Under the pieces are notes generated by a model. That model saw only the letters and a list, made by a program, of their open reading frames with translations, did not search any database and was not told the origin of the DNA. Of a DNA stretch of 64,000 nucleotides, positions 1-8,839 are shown one piece after another. Position 1 is the stretch's first letter, and each line of letters opens with the position of its first letter. The stretch is from Clostridia bacterium (GTDB taxonomy: Bacteria > Bacillota > Clostridia > Christensenellales > Borkfalkiaceae), in contig JAGAIW010000181.1 in assembly GCA_017626305.1 (NCBI GenBank), positions 4,283 through 68,282 of the forward strand. Reading direction: 5' to 3'. The translations under genes and the position numbers were made by a program.

Positions 1-157
1 CAACGTTTTGCTTGGCGGATACCTTTTGGATATCCTGTTCGTGCATGACGCCTGCAATCAATACGCTCTCTTGCGTTTGGTTGGTTTCGGGCGTTGCCGC
101 CGTTTCGGGAGTAGCTTGGGTTTCTTCGGTAATCGTTTCGTTTACGTTATCGTTCAT
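1..157 (-). CDS. 5' end (about 52 codons) of an ORF that runs out of the window. Its operon position suggests the second permease of the sugar ABC transporter, but nothing diagnostic is visible.
   Basis: ATG at 155-157 (minus strand) with an AGGAGA Shine-Dalgarno 7 nt upstream, 13 nt after the stop of the 170-1120 permease gene. The frame is open to position 1 (MNDNVNETITEETQATPETAATPE...). Confidence 0.4.
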   Translation of the reverse strand, partial: MNDNVNETITEETQATPETAATPETNQTQESVLIAGVMHEQDIQKVSAKQNV

Positions 158-169
158 CTTACTATCTCC

Positions 170-1120
170 TTAATAATGCGTCTTCTTCTTGCTGACGTAC
201 AAATTGATCATTGTTACGATAAAAATAATACCGAACAAAATCAACGCCGCCGCACTTGCACGACCGTGGTGCTGTTCTGCCAAAGCGTCGTAAATAAATC
301 CAACCATGGTGTTCAATCTTCCGTCCGCACCCGCAGGACCCATACCTTCGCCGAAGATACCGACAATGCTGGAATATTCCTTAAATCCGCCGATAAAGCC
401 CGTAATTACGACGTAGGCAAGCATGGGGGAAAGAAGGGGAACGGTAATTCTCGTGAACACACGCAGTTTGGACGTGCTGTCGATTTTCGCCGCTTCGTAA
501 TATTGTTTGTTTACGCTTTGCAACCCGCCGAGCAAAATCAAAATTTTGAAGGGTAAAGCGTCCCATACGATATAAACAACGAGTACGGCGATATTCGCCC
601 AATAGTCTGAACCTGCGTTAATCCAGTTGATGGGTTCTACGCCGAATAAGCCTAAAATGTTATTGATAATACCAACCGTTTCAGGACCGGCTGCGTTGTG
701 TACGCCGATAATGTTGAACATAGCGGCGAAAACCATACCGATTGCAATCGAGTTGGTTACGTAGGGCAAGAAGAAAATGGTTTGTAAAAACTTTTGCAAG
801 GGTTTAATAGCGTTCAAGCAAACGGCAATCACCAAAGCAAGCAAGGTGGAAAGGGGCACGGTAAGCACGCAAAGGAGCATGGTGTTCGTCAGCGTGTCCA
901 AGAATTTCTTATACTGCAACACTTTGGAAAAGTTACCGATACCAAAAGAATACACCGTACCGCTCAATTCGCCCAAGCTGCTGTAATCTTCCAAGAAAGC
1001 CATACGCAACGTATTGACGATAGGCCAACCCGTAAAGACGAGCAACAGCACGATAGCGGGGGAAAGATATAACCAACCTTTCCACTTATCGAACTTAATT
1101 TTGATAAGGAATTCTTTCAT
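170..1120 (-). CDS. carbohydrate-type ABC transporter permease (binding-protein-dependent inner-membrane component, MalF/UgpA-like)
   Basis: 316-aa ORF with about six hydrophobic spans, a typical N-terminus (WKGWLYLSPAIVLLLVFTGWPI) and an EAA loop (YYEAAKIDSTSKLRVFTRITVPLL). Its start overlaps the stop of the upstream ATPase gene (TAATG at 1118-1122). Confidence 0.9.
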   Translation of the reverse strand: MKEFLIKIKFDKWKGWLYLSPAIVLLLVFTGWPIVNTLRMAFLEDYSSLGELSGTVYSFGIGNFSKVLQYKKFLDTLTNTMLLCVLTVPLSTLLALVIAVCLNAIKPLQKFLQTIFFLPYVTNSIAIGMVFAAMFNIIGVHNAAGPETVGIINNILGLFGVEPINWINAGSDYWANIAVLVVYIVWDALPFKILILLGGLQSVNKQYYEAAKIDSTSKLRVFTRITVPLLSPMLAYVVITGFIGGFKEYSSIVGIFGEGMGPAGADGRLNTMVGFIYDALAEQHHGRASAAALILFGIIFIVTMINLYVSKKKTHY

Positions 1121-2223
1121 TATTTCACCTCGAAAGGAATACGTTCTTCCGTTTCCGTGTCGAACAGGAATACCTTATGCGGTTTCAAGGAGAATTTTAC
1201 GTTTGTCGCCGTGGCGTCTACGCCGCTGTCTGCATTGATAATCGAGCGGATAACGGGATTGATAGACGCTTCGTGACGGGAAACGACGCTCACGTCGCGG
1301 CCCATAACTTCCACGTTGGAAAGTTCGCATACAAACTTGCCCTTGGGATTGAGCTCAAACCCTTCGGGACGAACGGCAACGTAGACGTCTTTGTCTTCTA
1401 CGCCCTTAATTTTCATAACGGGGTCTTCACCGATATATAACATATCCATTACGACTTTACCGCGGAATACGTTAATCGGGGGCGTTCCCAAGAATTTCGC
1501 AACGAACAGGTTGGTAGGATCGTCGTAGATTTCCTGCGGCTTACCAACTTGTTGTACCACGCCGAGTTTCATAACGACGATCATATCGGAGATACTCATA
1601 GCTTCTTCCTGATCGTGCGTAACGAATACGGTGGTGATACCCGTTTCTTTTTGAATTCTTCTAATTTCTTCACGGGTTTGCAAACGCAAACGCGCGTCAA
1701 GGTTAGAAAGGGGCTCGTCCAAAAGGAGAACGCGGGGCATTTTAACCAACGCACGCGCAATAGCAACACGTTGTTGCTGACCACCCGAAAGTTCGCTGGG
1801 TTTTCTATCCATCAGCTCGTCGATTTGCACCAACTTCGCAGCTTCCAAAGCCCTGTCCAGCATTTCCTGCTTGGTCATTTTGTCTTTACCTTTCAAGTTT
1901 TGCAGGGGGAACAAAATGTTTTGCTTTACCGTCATATGCGGATACAGAGCGTAGTTTTGGAATACCAAACCGATACCGCGGTTTTCAGGGGACAAATCGG
2001 TAACGTCTTCGTCGCCGAAGAAAATTCTGCCCGAAGAAGGCTGTTGCAAACCGCTGATCATGTACAACGTCGTACTTTTTCCGCAACCGGAAGGGCCGAG
2101 AAGACCAACGAGTTTCCCGTCGGGAATGGTGAAGGTAAAATCATTTACCGCGATAACTTCTTCGCCAGACTTTTTGTTGCGGCTGGGGAAGATTTTGGTG
2201 AGATTTTGTAATTCGACTTTCAT
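1120..2223 (-). CDS. sugar ABC transporter ATP-binding protein (MalK/MsmX/UgpC family)
   Basis: 367-aa ORF with Walker A GPSGCGKST, LVFQNYALYPHMTV, ABC signature LSGGQQQRVAIARAL, Walker B LLLDEPLSNLD and H-loop FVTHDQ. A C-terminal ~130-aa MalK-type regulatory extension is present. Confidence 0.93.
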   Translation of the reverse strand: MKVELQNLTKIFPSRNKKSGEEVIAVNDFTFTIPDGKLVGLLGPSGCGKSTTLYMISGLQQPSSGRIFFGDEDVTDLSPENRGIGLVFQNYALYPHMTVKQNILFPLQNLKGKDKMTKQEMLDRALEAAKLVQIDELMDRKPSELSGGQQQRVAIARALVKMPRVLLLDEPLSNLDARLRLQTREEIRRIQKETGITTVFVTHDQEEAMSISDMIVVMKLGVVQQVGKPQEIYDDPTNLFVAKFLGTPPINVFRGKVVMDMLYIGEDPVMKIKGVEDKDVYVAVRPEGFELNPKGKFVCELSNVEVMGRDVSVVSRHEASINPVIRSIINADSGVDATATNVKFSLKPHKVFLFDTETEERIPFEVK

Positions 2224-2270
2224 ATATTCTCCTTAGAAAGTTTAATATTATTAAAAATGTAAAAAGAGTA

Positions 2271-3032
2271 TCAATATTCCTTGCGCGCAACTTCCTGTGC
2301 GTGCTGTTCCTGCTTATAGGCAATAAGCTCTTCTTCCGTATCGAAGATTTGCTGGCTTGCCATATCCACCACGACGGTATCCGTCAATAAATCGTGTATA
2401 GCAGAGTTGGTTTGCGTGGCGATAAGTACGCCGATTTGTAAAATCAACAAAAGAATAATGGTAATCGTTCCTACGATATCAATAGCCCCGTAATAAATCA
2501 TCAACATCAGTACGGCAGGAAACATGGTTTCAATAATATATTTCCCGAACAGAGCGCGGATAAATAAAACCGAATCGGTCAAACGCACACAAGTGGTACG
2601 CATAACGGCAAGCCCAAACACTTTTTTGCCCACCGTTTGCCCGTTGTGTAAAAACAGGGGGACGATAAATTCCACTACGAGCACGCCGATAAACAATCCC
2701 ACGCTCATCATGGCAATCGTCATATAAAATAACGTGCTGTGCGTTTTAACCACGCGTTCGTCTTTGGAAAATTCGTCGAAAACGTCGTTGTATTTATCCT
2801 TTTGCTCTTGCGTAAGCTTTTCAAAATCTTCTTGCGTGATTTCAAAATCCACGCCGTAAGCGTCTTCGTATTCCGCTTGATAGGCAGTCAGCTCGGCAGC
2901 GTGCGCGTCGTAGTTCAAAATAACGCCCGTAAGCGCCATTCCCCCGACGGAAAGAACGGCAAGCAGGATAAAATCCAGCAGCCACGCCGATATCCGTTTC
3001 CAGAAGTTTGCTTTTTGTAACGAGAGTGCCAT
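2271..3032 (-). CDS. RDD-family integral membrane protein
   Basis: 253-aa ORF. FWKRISAWLLDFILL near the N-terminus and GQTVGKKVFGLAVMR resemble the RDD-domain signature. It has several hydrophobic spans and a ~70-aa charged insert (AELTAYQAEYEDAYG...KDKYNDVFDEF) after the first span. Confidence 0.7.
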   Translation of the reverse strand: MALSLQKANFWKRISAWLLDFILLAVLSVGGMALTGVILNYDAHAAELTAYQAEYEDAYGVDFEITQEDFEKLTQEQKDKYNDVFDEFSKDERVVKTHSTLFYMTIAMMSVGLFIGVLVVEFIVPLFLHNGQTVGKKVFGLAVMRTTCVRLTDSVLFIRALFGKYIIETMFPAVLMLMIYYGAIDIVGTITIILLLILQIGVLIATQTNSAIHDLLTDTVVVDMASQQIFDTEEELIAYKQEQHAQEVARKEY

Positions 3033-3402
3033 AAACCAAGCCTTTTGCGTGCGTCGCTCATACGCGCGTATATTATTGTGTAGGATTTTTTTTGGTGAGA
3101 AAAGGGCAAACGGACGGCTCTGTTTACCAACAGAGAAACGCCCATGGGCGTTTTGTTTCCCCCTTTAACAAATCTTATCCGAAAGGGAAAAGCAGAAAGC
3201 ACGCAATCTGCCAAAATACAATCATACAAATATATGATAGCACGAATTTCGACAAAAAACAAGCTTTTTGACGCACAAAAAAAATAATTTTTTTGAAAAC
3301 GGAAAAATTATAGAAAAGGGTGTAAACAATCAAAAAATAGAATGAAAAGTCCAAAAAGCCTGTATTTATAAGGGAAAACGCGGATAAAAACGAAAAATAC
3401 TC

Positions 3403-3431
3403 TTGACAGGGTGTAAAAAAACGGTTATAAT
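3403..3431 (+). promoter_or_regulatory. SigA/sigma-70-type promoter of the deo operon
   Basis: TTGACA (3403-3408), 17-nt spacer, TATAAT (3426-3431), 39 nt upstream of the deoC ATG. Confidence 0.6.
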
Positions 3432-3470
3432 AAAAATATCCAAAAGCATTTTTAAGGGAGATTTTTCCAA

Positions 3471-4139
3471 ATGATTGATACGAAAAACATTTTATCTAAG
3501 TGCGACCATACGTTACTTGCACAAACGTCCACGTGGGAGCAAATCCGCAAAATTTGCGACGACGGTATGAAGTACGCTACGGCGTCCGTTTGTATTCCGC
3601 CCAGCTTTGTCGCTAAGGCAAAAGCGTACGTAAAAGACGACTTAAAAATATGCACGGTAATCGGCTTTCCTAACGGGTATAATACGACTGCGGTAAAGGT
3701 ATTTGAAACCAAAGACGCCGTTGAAAACGGCGCGGACGAAATCGATATGGTTATCAATATCGGCATGCTCAAAGAAGGGAAAGACGAGCAGCTTGTCGAC
3801 GAAATCGCGCAAATCAAAGCGGCGTGCGGCGGAAAGCTGTTGAAGGTTATCATTGAAACCTGTCTTTTGACCGAAGAAGAGAAGATACGTATGTGCAAAA
3901 TCGTGACCAAAGCAGGGGCGGATTATATCAAAACGTCCACTGGCTTTTCCACCGCAGGGGCAACGCTTGAAGACGTAAAGCTCATGAAAGCCAACGTCGG
4001 GAAAGACGTGCTCGTCAAGGCGGCGGGCGGTATTTCCAACTTGCAGGACGCGCAAGATTTTATCGACGCAGGAGCGTCGCGCTTGGGCACGAGCCGCGTC
4101 GTTAAAGCCGTCCAAGGCATTGAAGGCAAGGGCTATTAA
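3471..4139 (+). CDS. deoC: deoxyribose-phosphate aldolase
   Basis: 222-aa ORF with CDHTLL near the N-terminus, [10 protein letters not shown] and the Schiff-base lysine motif [16 protein letters not shown] lies upstream. Confidence 0.93.
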   Translation: MIDTKNILSKCDHTLLAQTSTWEQIRKICDDGMKYATASVCIPPSFVAKAKAYVKDDLKICTVIGFPNGYNTTAVKVFETKDAVENGADEIDMVINIGMLKEGKDEQLVDEIAQIKAACGGKLLKVIIETCLLTEEEKIRMCKIVTKAGADYIKTSTGFSTAGATLEDVKLMKANVGKDVLVKAAGGISNLQDAQDFIDAGASRLGTSRVVKAVQGIEGKGY

Positions 4140-4202
4140 GAAAAACCGATACTATTAGAATATAATCAAAAACGATAAAATTAAAAGTTGAAGGAGAATA
4201 TT

Positions 4203-4910
4203 ATGTCTGTACCTACTCCCCACATTTCCGCAAAGCTTGGAGATTTTGCAAAAACCGTACTCATGCCCGGTGATCCGCTCCGCGCGGAATTTATCGCCAA
4301 AACGTATTTGGAAAACGCGGTGCTCGTCAATAACGTCCGCGGCGTACAGGGCTATACGGGATATTATAAAGGAAAGAGAGTTTCGGTCATGGCGTCCGGT
4401 ATGGGACAGCCGTCTATCGGAATTTATTCCTACGAACTGTTTAACTTCTACGGCGTAGAAAATATCATTCGCGTCGGCTCTTGCGGGGCGTTCTCGCCCG
4501 AGCTGCACGCCCGTGATATCGTCGTGGCAATGGGCGCTTGCACCAACGGCAATTACGCGTCGCAGTACAACCTGCCCGGCACGTTTTGCCCGATTGCCGA
4601 TTTTTCGCTTGTCAAACGCGCCGTGGAAGAATGTGAAAAAGCGGGCGTAAACTATCGTGTGGGCAATATCCTTTCTTCGGATATGTTCTACGACGACGCG
4701 AATTCGGGTATGCAATGGTCGAAGATGGGCGTACTCGGCGTAGAAATGGAATCGGCGGCGCTGTATTGCAACGCCGCGCGCGCAGGAAAGAAAGCGCTGT
4801 GTATTTGTACCGTCAGCGATTCGTTCGTTTATCCCGAAGAAAACACCACGGCGGAAGAGCGCCAAACGTCGTTTACCAAAATGATGGAGATTGCGCTTGC
4901 GCTTGCATAA
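4203..4910 (+). CDS. deoD: purine nucleoside phosphorylase, DeoD type
   Basis: 235 aa from the ATG at 4203, with AAGGAG SD at 4192-4197. The ORF-track start at 4188 is a TTG inside the SD region. PTPHISAKLGDFAKTVLMPGDPLRAEFIAKTYLE and IIRVGSCGAF closely match the DeoD N-terminal pattern. Confidence 0.93.
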   Translation: MSVPTPHISAKLGDFAKTVLMPGDPLRAEFIAKTYLENAVLVNNVRGVQGYTGYYKGKRVSVMASGMGQPSIGIYSYELFNFYGVENIIRVGSCGAFSPELHARDIVVAMGACTNGNYASQYNLPGTFCPIADFSLVKRAVEECEKAGVNYRVGNILSSDMFYDDANSGMQWSKMGVLGVEMESAALYCNAARAGKKALCICTVSDSFVYPEENTTAEERQTSFTKMMEIALALA

Positions 4911-4928
4911 ATAAAAAAAGGAGTTACT

Positions 4929-6092
4929 ATGGCAAAGAGAGCCTTTTTAATCGTGCTCGACAGCGTAGGTATCGGGGAAATGCCCGACGCCGCGCTTTGG
5001 GGCGACGAAGGGAGCAACACGCTCCGTTCCATTCGCAACCACCCCGATTTTGACTGTCCCACGCTTACGCAAATGGGGCTTTTCCACATTGACGGAATGG
5101 GCGAAAAAAAGCACTCAACGCATACATGCTATGCCAAAATGAGTGAAGCGTCCAAAGGAAAGGACACGACAATCGGGCATTGGGAAATCGCGGGGGTATA
5201 TTCGGAAAACCCGTTGCCTACCTATCCCAACGGCTTTCCCCAAGACCTGTTAGACGAGTTTTCTCGTATAACGGGTAGGGGCGTATTGTGTAATAAGCCC
5301 TATTCGGGGACGGAAGTCATTAAGGATTACGGGGAAGAGCATATCCGCACGGGCAAGCTGATTGTCTATACTTCGGCGGATAGCGTTTTTCAAATTGCCG
5401 CGCACGAAGATATCGTGCCCGTTGAAACGCTGTATACCTATTGTAAAGCGGCGAGAGAATTGCTTGTGGGAAAGCACGGCGTGGGTCGGGTTATCGCCCG
5501 TCCGTTTACGGGGGAATATCCGTTTGCGCGTACGCCGCGCCGTCACGATTATTCCTTGCAACCGCCGTCTACGACTATGGCGGACGTGTTAAAGGACGCA
5601 GGCTTAGACGTCATTTCAGTAGGGAAGATTTACGATATTTTCGCAGGAAAAGGGTTTACCGAAAGCCATCCTACCGTCAATAACGAAGACGGTATGGATA
5701 AGACGTTGGCGCTTGCCAAACGGGATTTTAACGGGCTTTGTTTTATCAATCTCGTCGATTTTGATATGGTTTACGGACACCGTAACGACGTACAGGGCTA
5801 TGCAAGAGCTATGACGGCGTTTGATATACGCTTGAAAGAATTTTTGCCTTTGCTTAAAGACGACGATATGCTGATTATCACCGCCGACCACGGTTGCGAC
5901 CCCGCAACGCCGTCCACCGACCATTCGAGAGAATACACGCCTATGATAGTGTACGGAAAACGGCTTAAAGAAAACGTCGACCTTGGCGTACGCGACAGCT
6001 TTGCCGATATCGGGTCTACCGTTTTGGAATGGTTTGGTTTAAGCAGCAACGGTATTTTTGGTAAAAGTTTCTTAAAGGAGATTGTCAAATGA
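4929..6092 (+). CDS. deoB: phosphopentomutase
   Basis: 387-aa ORF with KRAFLIVLDSVGIGEMPDA, GKDTTIGHWEIAG and ITADHGCDP, the alkaline-phosphatase-superfamily metal site typical of DeoB. Confidence 0.93.
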   Translation: MAKRAFLIVLDSVGIGEMPDAALWGDEGSNTLRSIRNHPDFDCPTLTQMGLFHIDGMGEKKHSTHTCYAKMSEASKGKDTTIGHWEIAGVYSENPLPTYPNGFPQDLLDEFSRITGRGVLCNKPYSGTEVIKDYGEEHIRTGKLIVYTSADSVFQIAAHEDIVPVETLYTYCKAARELLVGKHGVGRVIARPFTGEYPFARTPRRHDYSLQPPSTTMADVLKDAGLDVISVGKIYDIFAGKGFTESHPTVNNEDGMDKTLALAKRDFNGLCFINLVDFDMVYGHRNDVQGYARAMTAFDIRLKEFLPLLKDDDMLIITADHGCDPATPSTDHSREYTPMIVYGKRLKENVDLGVRDSFADIGSTVLEWFGLSSNGIFGKSFLKEIVK

Positions 6093-6496
6093 CGGATAAA
6101 GAATTGTTAGAGCGCGCTTTGGAAGCGCGCGAAAAGGCGTACGCGCCCTATTCGGGTTTTTCCGTTGGCGCGGCGCTGTTGACCAAAGACGGCAAGGTGT
6201 ATACGGGCTGCAATATCGAAAACGCGGCGTTCACGCCGACCAACTGTGCAGAGCGCACCGCGCTTTTTAAAGCGGTCAGCGAAGGAGAGCGCGCATTTAC
6301 GGCAATCGCTATCGTAGGCGGAAAAGGGGATACTCTTAACGAAATTTGCGCGCCTTGCGGGGTTTGTAGACAAACGCTTATGGAATTTTGCGACTACACC
6401 TTCCGCGTGATTTTGGGTACGCCCGAGAATATTCGCCGCTATACGCTGGGCGAATTATTGCCGTTTTCCTTTGGAAAAGGGGATATAAATCCATGA
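6089..6496 (+). CDS. cdd: cytidine deaminase
   Basis: 135-aa ORF with zinc motifs CAERTALF and PCGVCRQTLMEF. ATGA overlap with the deoB stop (6089-6092). Confidence 0.93.
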   Translation: MTDKELLERALEAREKAYAPYSGFSVGAALLTKDGKVYTGCNIENAAFTPTNCAERTALFKAVSEGERAFTAIAIVGGKGDTLNEICAPCGVCRQTLMEFCDYTFRVILGTPENIRRYTLGELLPFSFGKGDINP

Positions 6497-7794
6497 GAAT
6501 GTACGACGTAATCCAAAAGAAACGCAACGGCGAAACACTTTCCGAAACGGAAATCCGTTGGGTTATCGAAGGATATACCAAAGGGGAAATCCCCGATTAT
6601 CAAGTGGCGGCGCTGTGCATGGCAATCTACTTCCAAGGCATGAACTTGGAAGAAACGGCGGCGCTTACCTTTGCGGTGCGAGATTCGGGCGAGAAACTCA
6701 ACTTTTCGGATATTCACGGTTTACGCGTGGATAAACATTCGACGGGTGGCGTGGGTGATAAAACGAGCCTTGTCGTTATGCCTATCGTGGCAAGTCTTGG
6801 CGTCAAAGTTGCCAAAATGAGCGGACGGGGCTTGGGGCATACGGGCGGTACGATTGATAAGTTGGAATCGATTAAAGGCTTTCGCACCGATATCCCCGTA
6901 GAAAAATTTAAGGCTATTGTCAACGAAGTGGGCGTGGCTATCGTCGGGCAAAGCGCCGAGCTTGCGCCTGCGGATAAGCTTTTGTACGCTCTTCGTGACG
7001 TTACGGCGACGGTGGACAGCGTTCCGCTTATCGTATCGAGTATTATGGGCAAAAAGCTTGCGGCGGACGACGATTGTATCGTGCTCGACGTAAAAACGGG
7101 CAGCGGCTCGTTTATGAAAACGGTAGAAGATAGCCGCGGGCTTGCCGAATGGATGGTGGAAATCGGCAAACGCGCAGGCAAACGCATGCGCGCGTTGATT
7201 ACCGATATGGATCGACCGCTCGGCAACGCAATCGGTAACGCTCTTGAAGTAGTCGAAGCTATTCAAACGTTAAAAGGCAACGGTCCGGAAGATTTAACGA
7301 CGTTGTGTATTGCGCTCGCCGCGCATATACTTTGTCTTGCGGAAAAGGGCGATTACGCTACTTGCGAACGTATGGCAAAAGAAACGATTGCAAACGGAAC
7401 GGCTTTGGATACGCTTGCGCGTATGGTACAAGCGCAAGGGGGCGAGAAGGAATGGATATATAACCCCGAACGTTTCCCCGTTGCGAAATACTCCCGCGAC
7501 GTGCTTGCTCCTACGGATGGATATATCGTCGGCGTTGACGCAGAAGGCTACGGCGTAGCAAGCTTACTTCTTGGTGCGGGAAGAAACACCAAAGAAGACG
7601 TTATTGATATGACCGCAGGTATTTATTTGCATGCAAAAACGGGCGATTGTATGCGCAAGGGCGACGTTATCGCTACGCTGTATTCAAGCAAGGAAGACGG
7701 GTTCGCTGCGTCCGAAAAACGGCTGTTGCAAGCGACGAAAATCGGGAAAAATAAGCCCGAAGAGAAACCGTTAATTTTAGACGTTGTGGAATAA
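6493..7794 (+). CDS. pdp: pyrimidine-nucleoside (thymidine) phosphorylase
   Basis: 433 aa from the ATG at 6493 (ATGA overlap with the cdd stop). MRMYDVIQKKRNGETLSETEIRWVIEGYTKGEIPDYQ, KHSTGGVGDKTSL and SGRGLGHTGGTIDKLESI match the Pdp/DeoA family. The longer track ORF from 6388 overlaps cdd and is not needed. Confidence 0.93.
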   Translation: MRMYDVIQKKRNGETLSETEIRWVIEGYTKGEIPDYQVAALCMAIYFQGMNLEETAALTFAVRDSGEKLNFSDIHGLRVDKHSTGGVGDKTSLVVMPIVASLGVKVAKMSGRGLGHTGGTIDKLESIKGFRTDIPVEKFKAIVNEVGVAIVGQSAELAPADKLLYALRDVTATVDSVPLIVSSIMGKKLAADDDCIVLDVKTGSGSFMKTVEDSRGLAEWMVEIGKRAGKRMRALITDMDRPLGNAIGNALEVVEAIQTLKGNGPEDLTTLCIALAAHILCLAEKGDYATCERMAKETIANGTALDTLARMVQAQGGEKEWIYNPERFPVAKYSRDVLAPTDGYIVGVDAEGYGVASLLLGAGRNTKEDVIDMTAGIYLHAKTGDCMRKGDVIATLYSSKEDGFAASEKRLLQATKIGKNKPEEKPLILDVVE

Positions 7795-7841
7795 AAAACG
7801 GCGCACGTTTGCGTGTTTTTGTTACAAAAAATAGAAAAACC

Positions 7842-8555
7842 ATGGCTACTATTGAACTACAAAAGACAAAATTTACCTTTTCCGTGTTGCCGCTGAAAAT
7901 GTTTTCCAAAGGCTTTTGGGCGCGGACGGAAACGGCTATCGAAAATGAATATATCCACTATCGCGATATCGGCGAGCGCATTTCTCGGGACGAGCTAGAA
8001 GAATGGCTGTTTTCCATGTATCGCTTGCTCGCAGGCGCATATGCGCGAGAATACGCAATATCCTTTCAAAAAGCGGGGCTTGCGGTCGATATGTATCCTT
8101 ACGTCAAAGACGGGGAAGAAGTATCCCGTGAAGAACGCCGCGCAAACGACTGTGTGATGGCGATACGTATTCTTTTGCGTGAACAAAGCGGAAAGTGCTT
8201 TTTAGGCGGCGTATATACGCTGTTATTGCATAGGAATGATATTGAAGAGTTTGCCCGTCAGATTCGCGAAGAATTTGACGCCGCATTTTCCCGTATCGGC
8301 GAAGGGAAAGGAGAATTCCTGTTCGTAGGCGTAAGCCCAAGAAATTATCGCGGTTGCTATTACTGGTATCTCGACCCGTCGGGCACGGTGCGGGCAGGCG
8401 ATTACGTTTGGGTGCGTATGGGTAGACATAACACCGAACAAATTGTCTACGTTGACGGCGTACGGCGGTTTACGTTGGAAAATGCTCCGTACGATCCTTC
8501 GCGTGTAAAGCGGGTTTTGCGCAAAGCGACGGACGAAGAATTGAAGGATAGGTAA
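7842..8555 (+). CDS. hypothetical cytoplasmic protein, last gene of the deo transcription unit
   Basis: 237 aa from the ATG at 7842 (alternative TTG at 7809). No signal peptide and no motif I recognise. A strong hairpin terminator follows directly. No convincing SD precedes either start. Confidence 0.6.
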   Translation: MATIELQKTKFTFSVLPLKMFSKGFWARTETAIENEYIHYRDIGERISRDELEEWLFSMYRLLAGAYAREYAISFQKAGLAVDMYPYVKDGEEVSREERRANDCVMAIRILLREQSGKCFLGGVYTLLLHRNDIEEFARQIREEFDAAFSRIGEGKGEFLFVGVSPRNYRGCYYWYLDPSGTVRAGDYVWVRMGRHNTEQIVYVDGVRRFTLENAPYDPSRVKRVLRKATDEELKDR

Positions 8556-8590
8556 AAGAACGCAGACAACGCATCTGCGTTCTTTCCATA
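8555..8590 (+). terminator. intrinsic terminator after the deo unit
   Basis: Perfect 12-bp stem AAAGAACGCAGA (8555-8566) / TCTGCGTTCTTT (8574-8585) with a 7-nt loop. The 3' arm ends in a T-rich stretch. Confidence 0.75.
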
Positions 8591-8691
8591 TATATAAAAA
8601 TCATCATAAAAAATGTTGGTTTCGCATATTTTAATTTATTTTATCGATTGTATCTATGCTAAAAATTATGATAAAATAAAGAGTAAAATAA

Positions 8692-8720
8692 TTGACAACC
8701 TGCCGTTTTTGTGTTAAAAT
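8692..8720 (+). promoter_or_regulatory. SigA-type promoter (extended -10) of the 3368-aa gene
   Basis: TTGACA (8692-8697), 17 nt, TGtTAAAAT (-10 hexamer 8715-8720), in an AT-rich region about 120 nt upstream of the ATG at 8840. Confidence 0.55.
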
Positions 8721-8839
8721 ATTGAAAATAGTATCGTTGTATGCTTTTATCGTTGGCGATTTTTTTCAAACGAAAGGATTGAAACGTGAAAATACGAACG
8801 GTATAAAAACGAAGAAATTTAAAGCAAAAGGAGGCTTTT

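Noticed and set aside
8-556. 182-aa plus-strand ORF, together with similar + strand ORFs at 1549-2211 and 2739-3020, overlapping the minus-strand ABC and RDD genes.
   Set aside because: They are antisense to genes with clear ABC/RDD motifs and have no supporting features.
6388-6492. N-terminal extension of the pdp ORF (track start 6388), overlapping 109 nt of cdd.
   Set aside because: The ATG at 6493 gives the canonical Pdp N-terminus (MRMYDVI...) and a classic ATGA coupling with the cdd stop. The extension has no homology logic.
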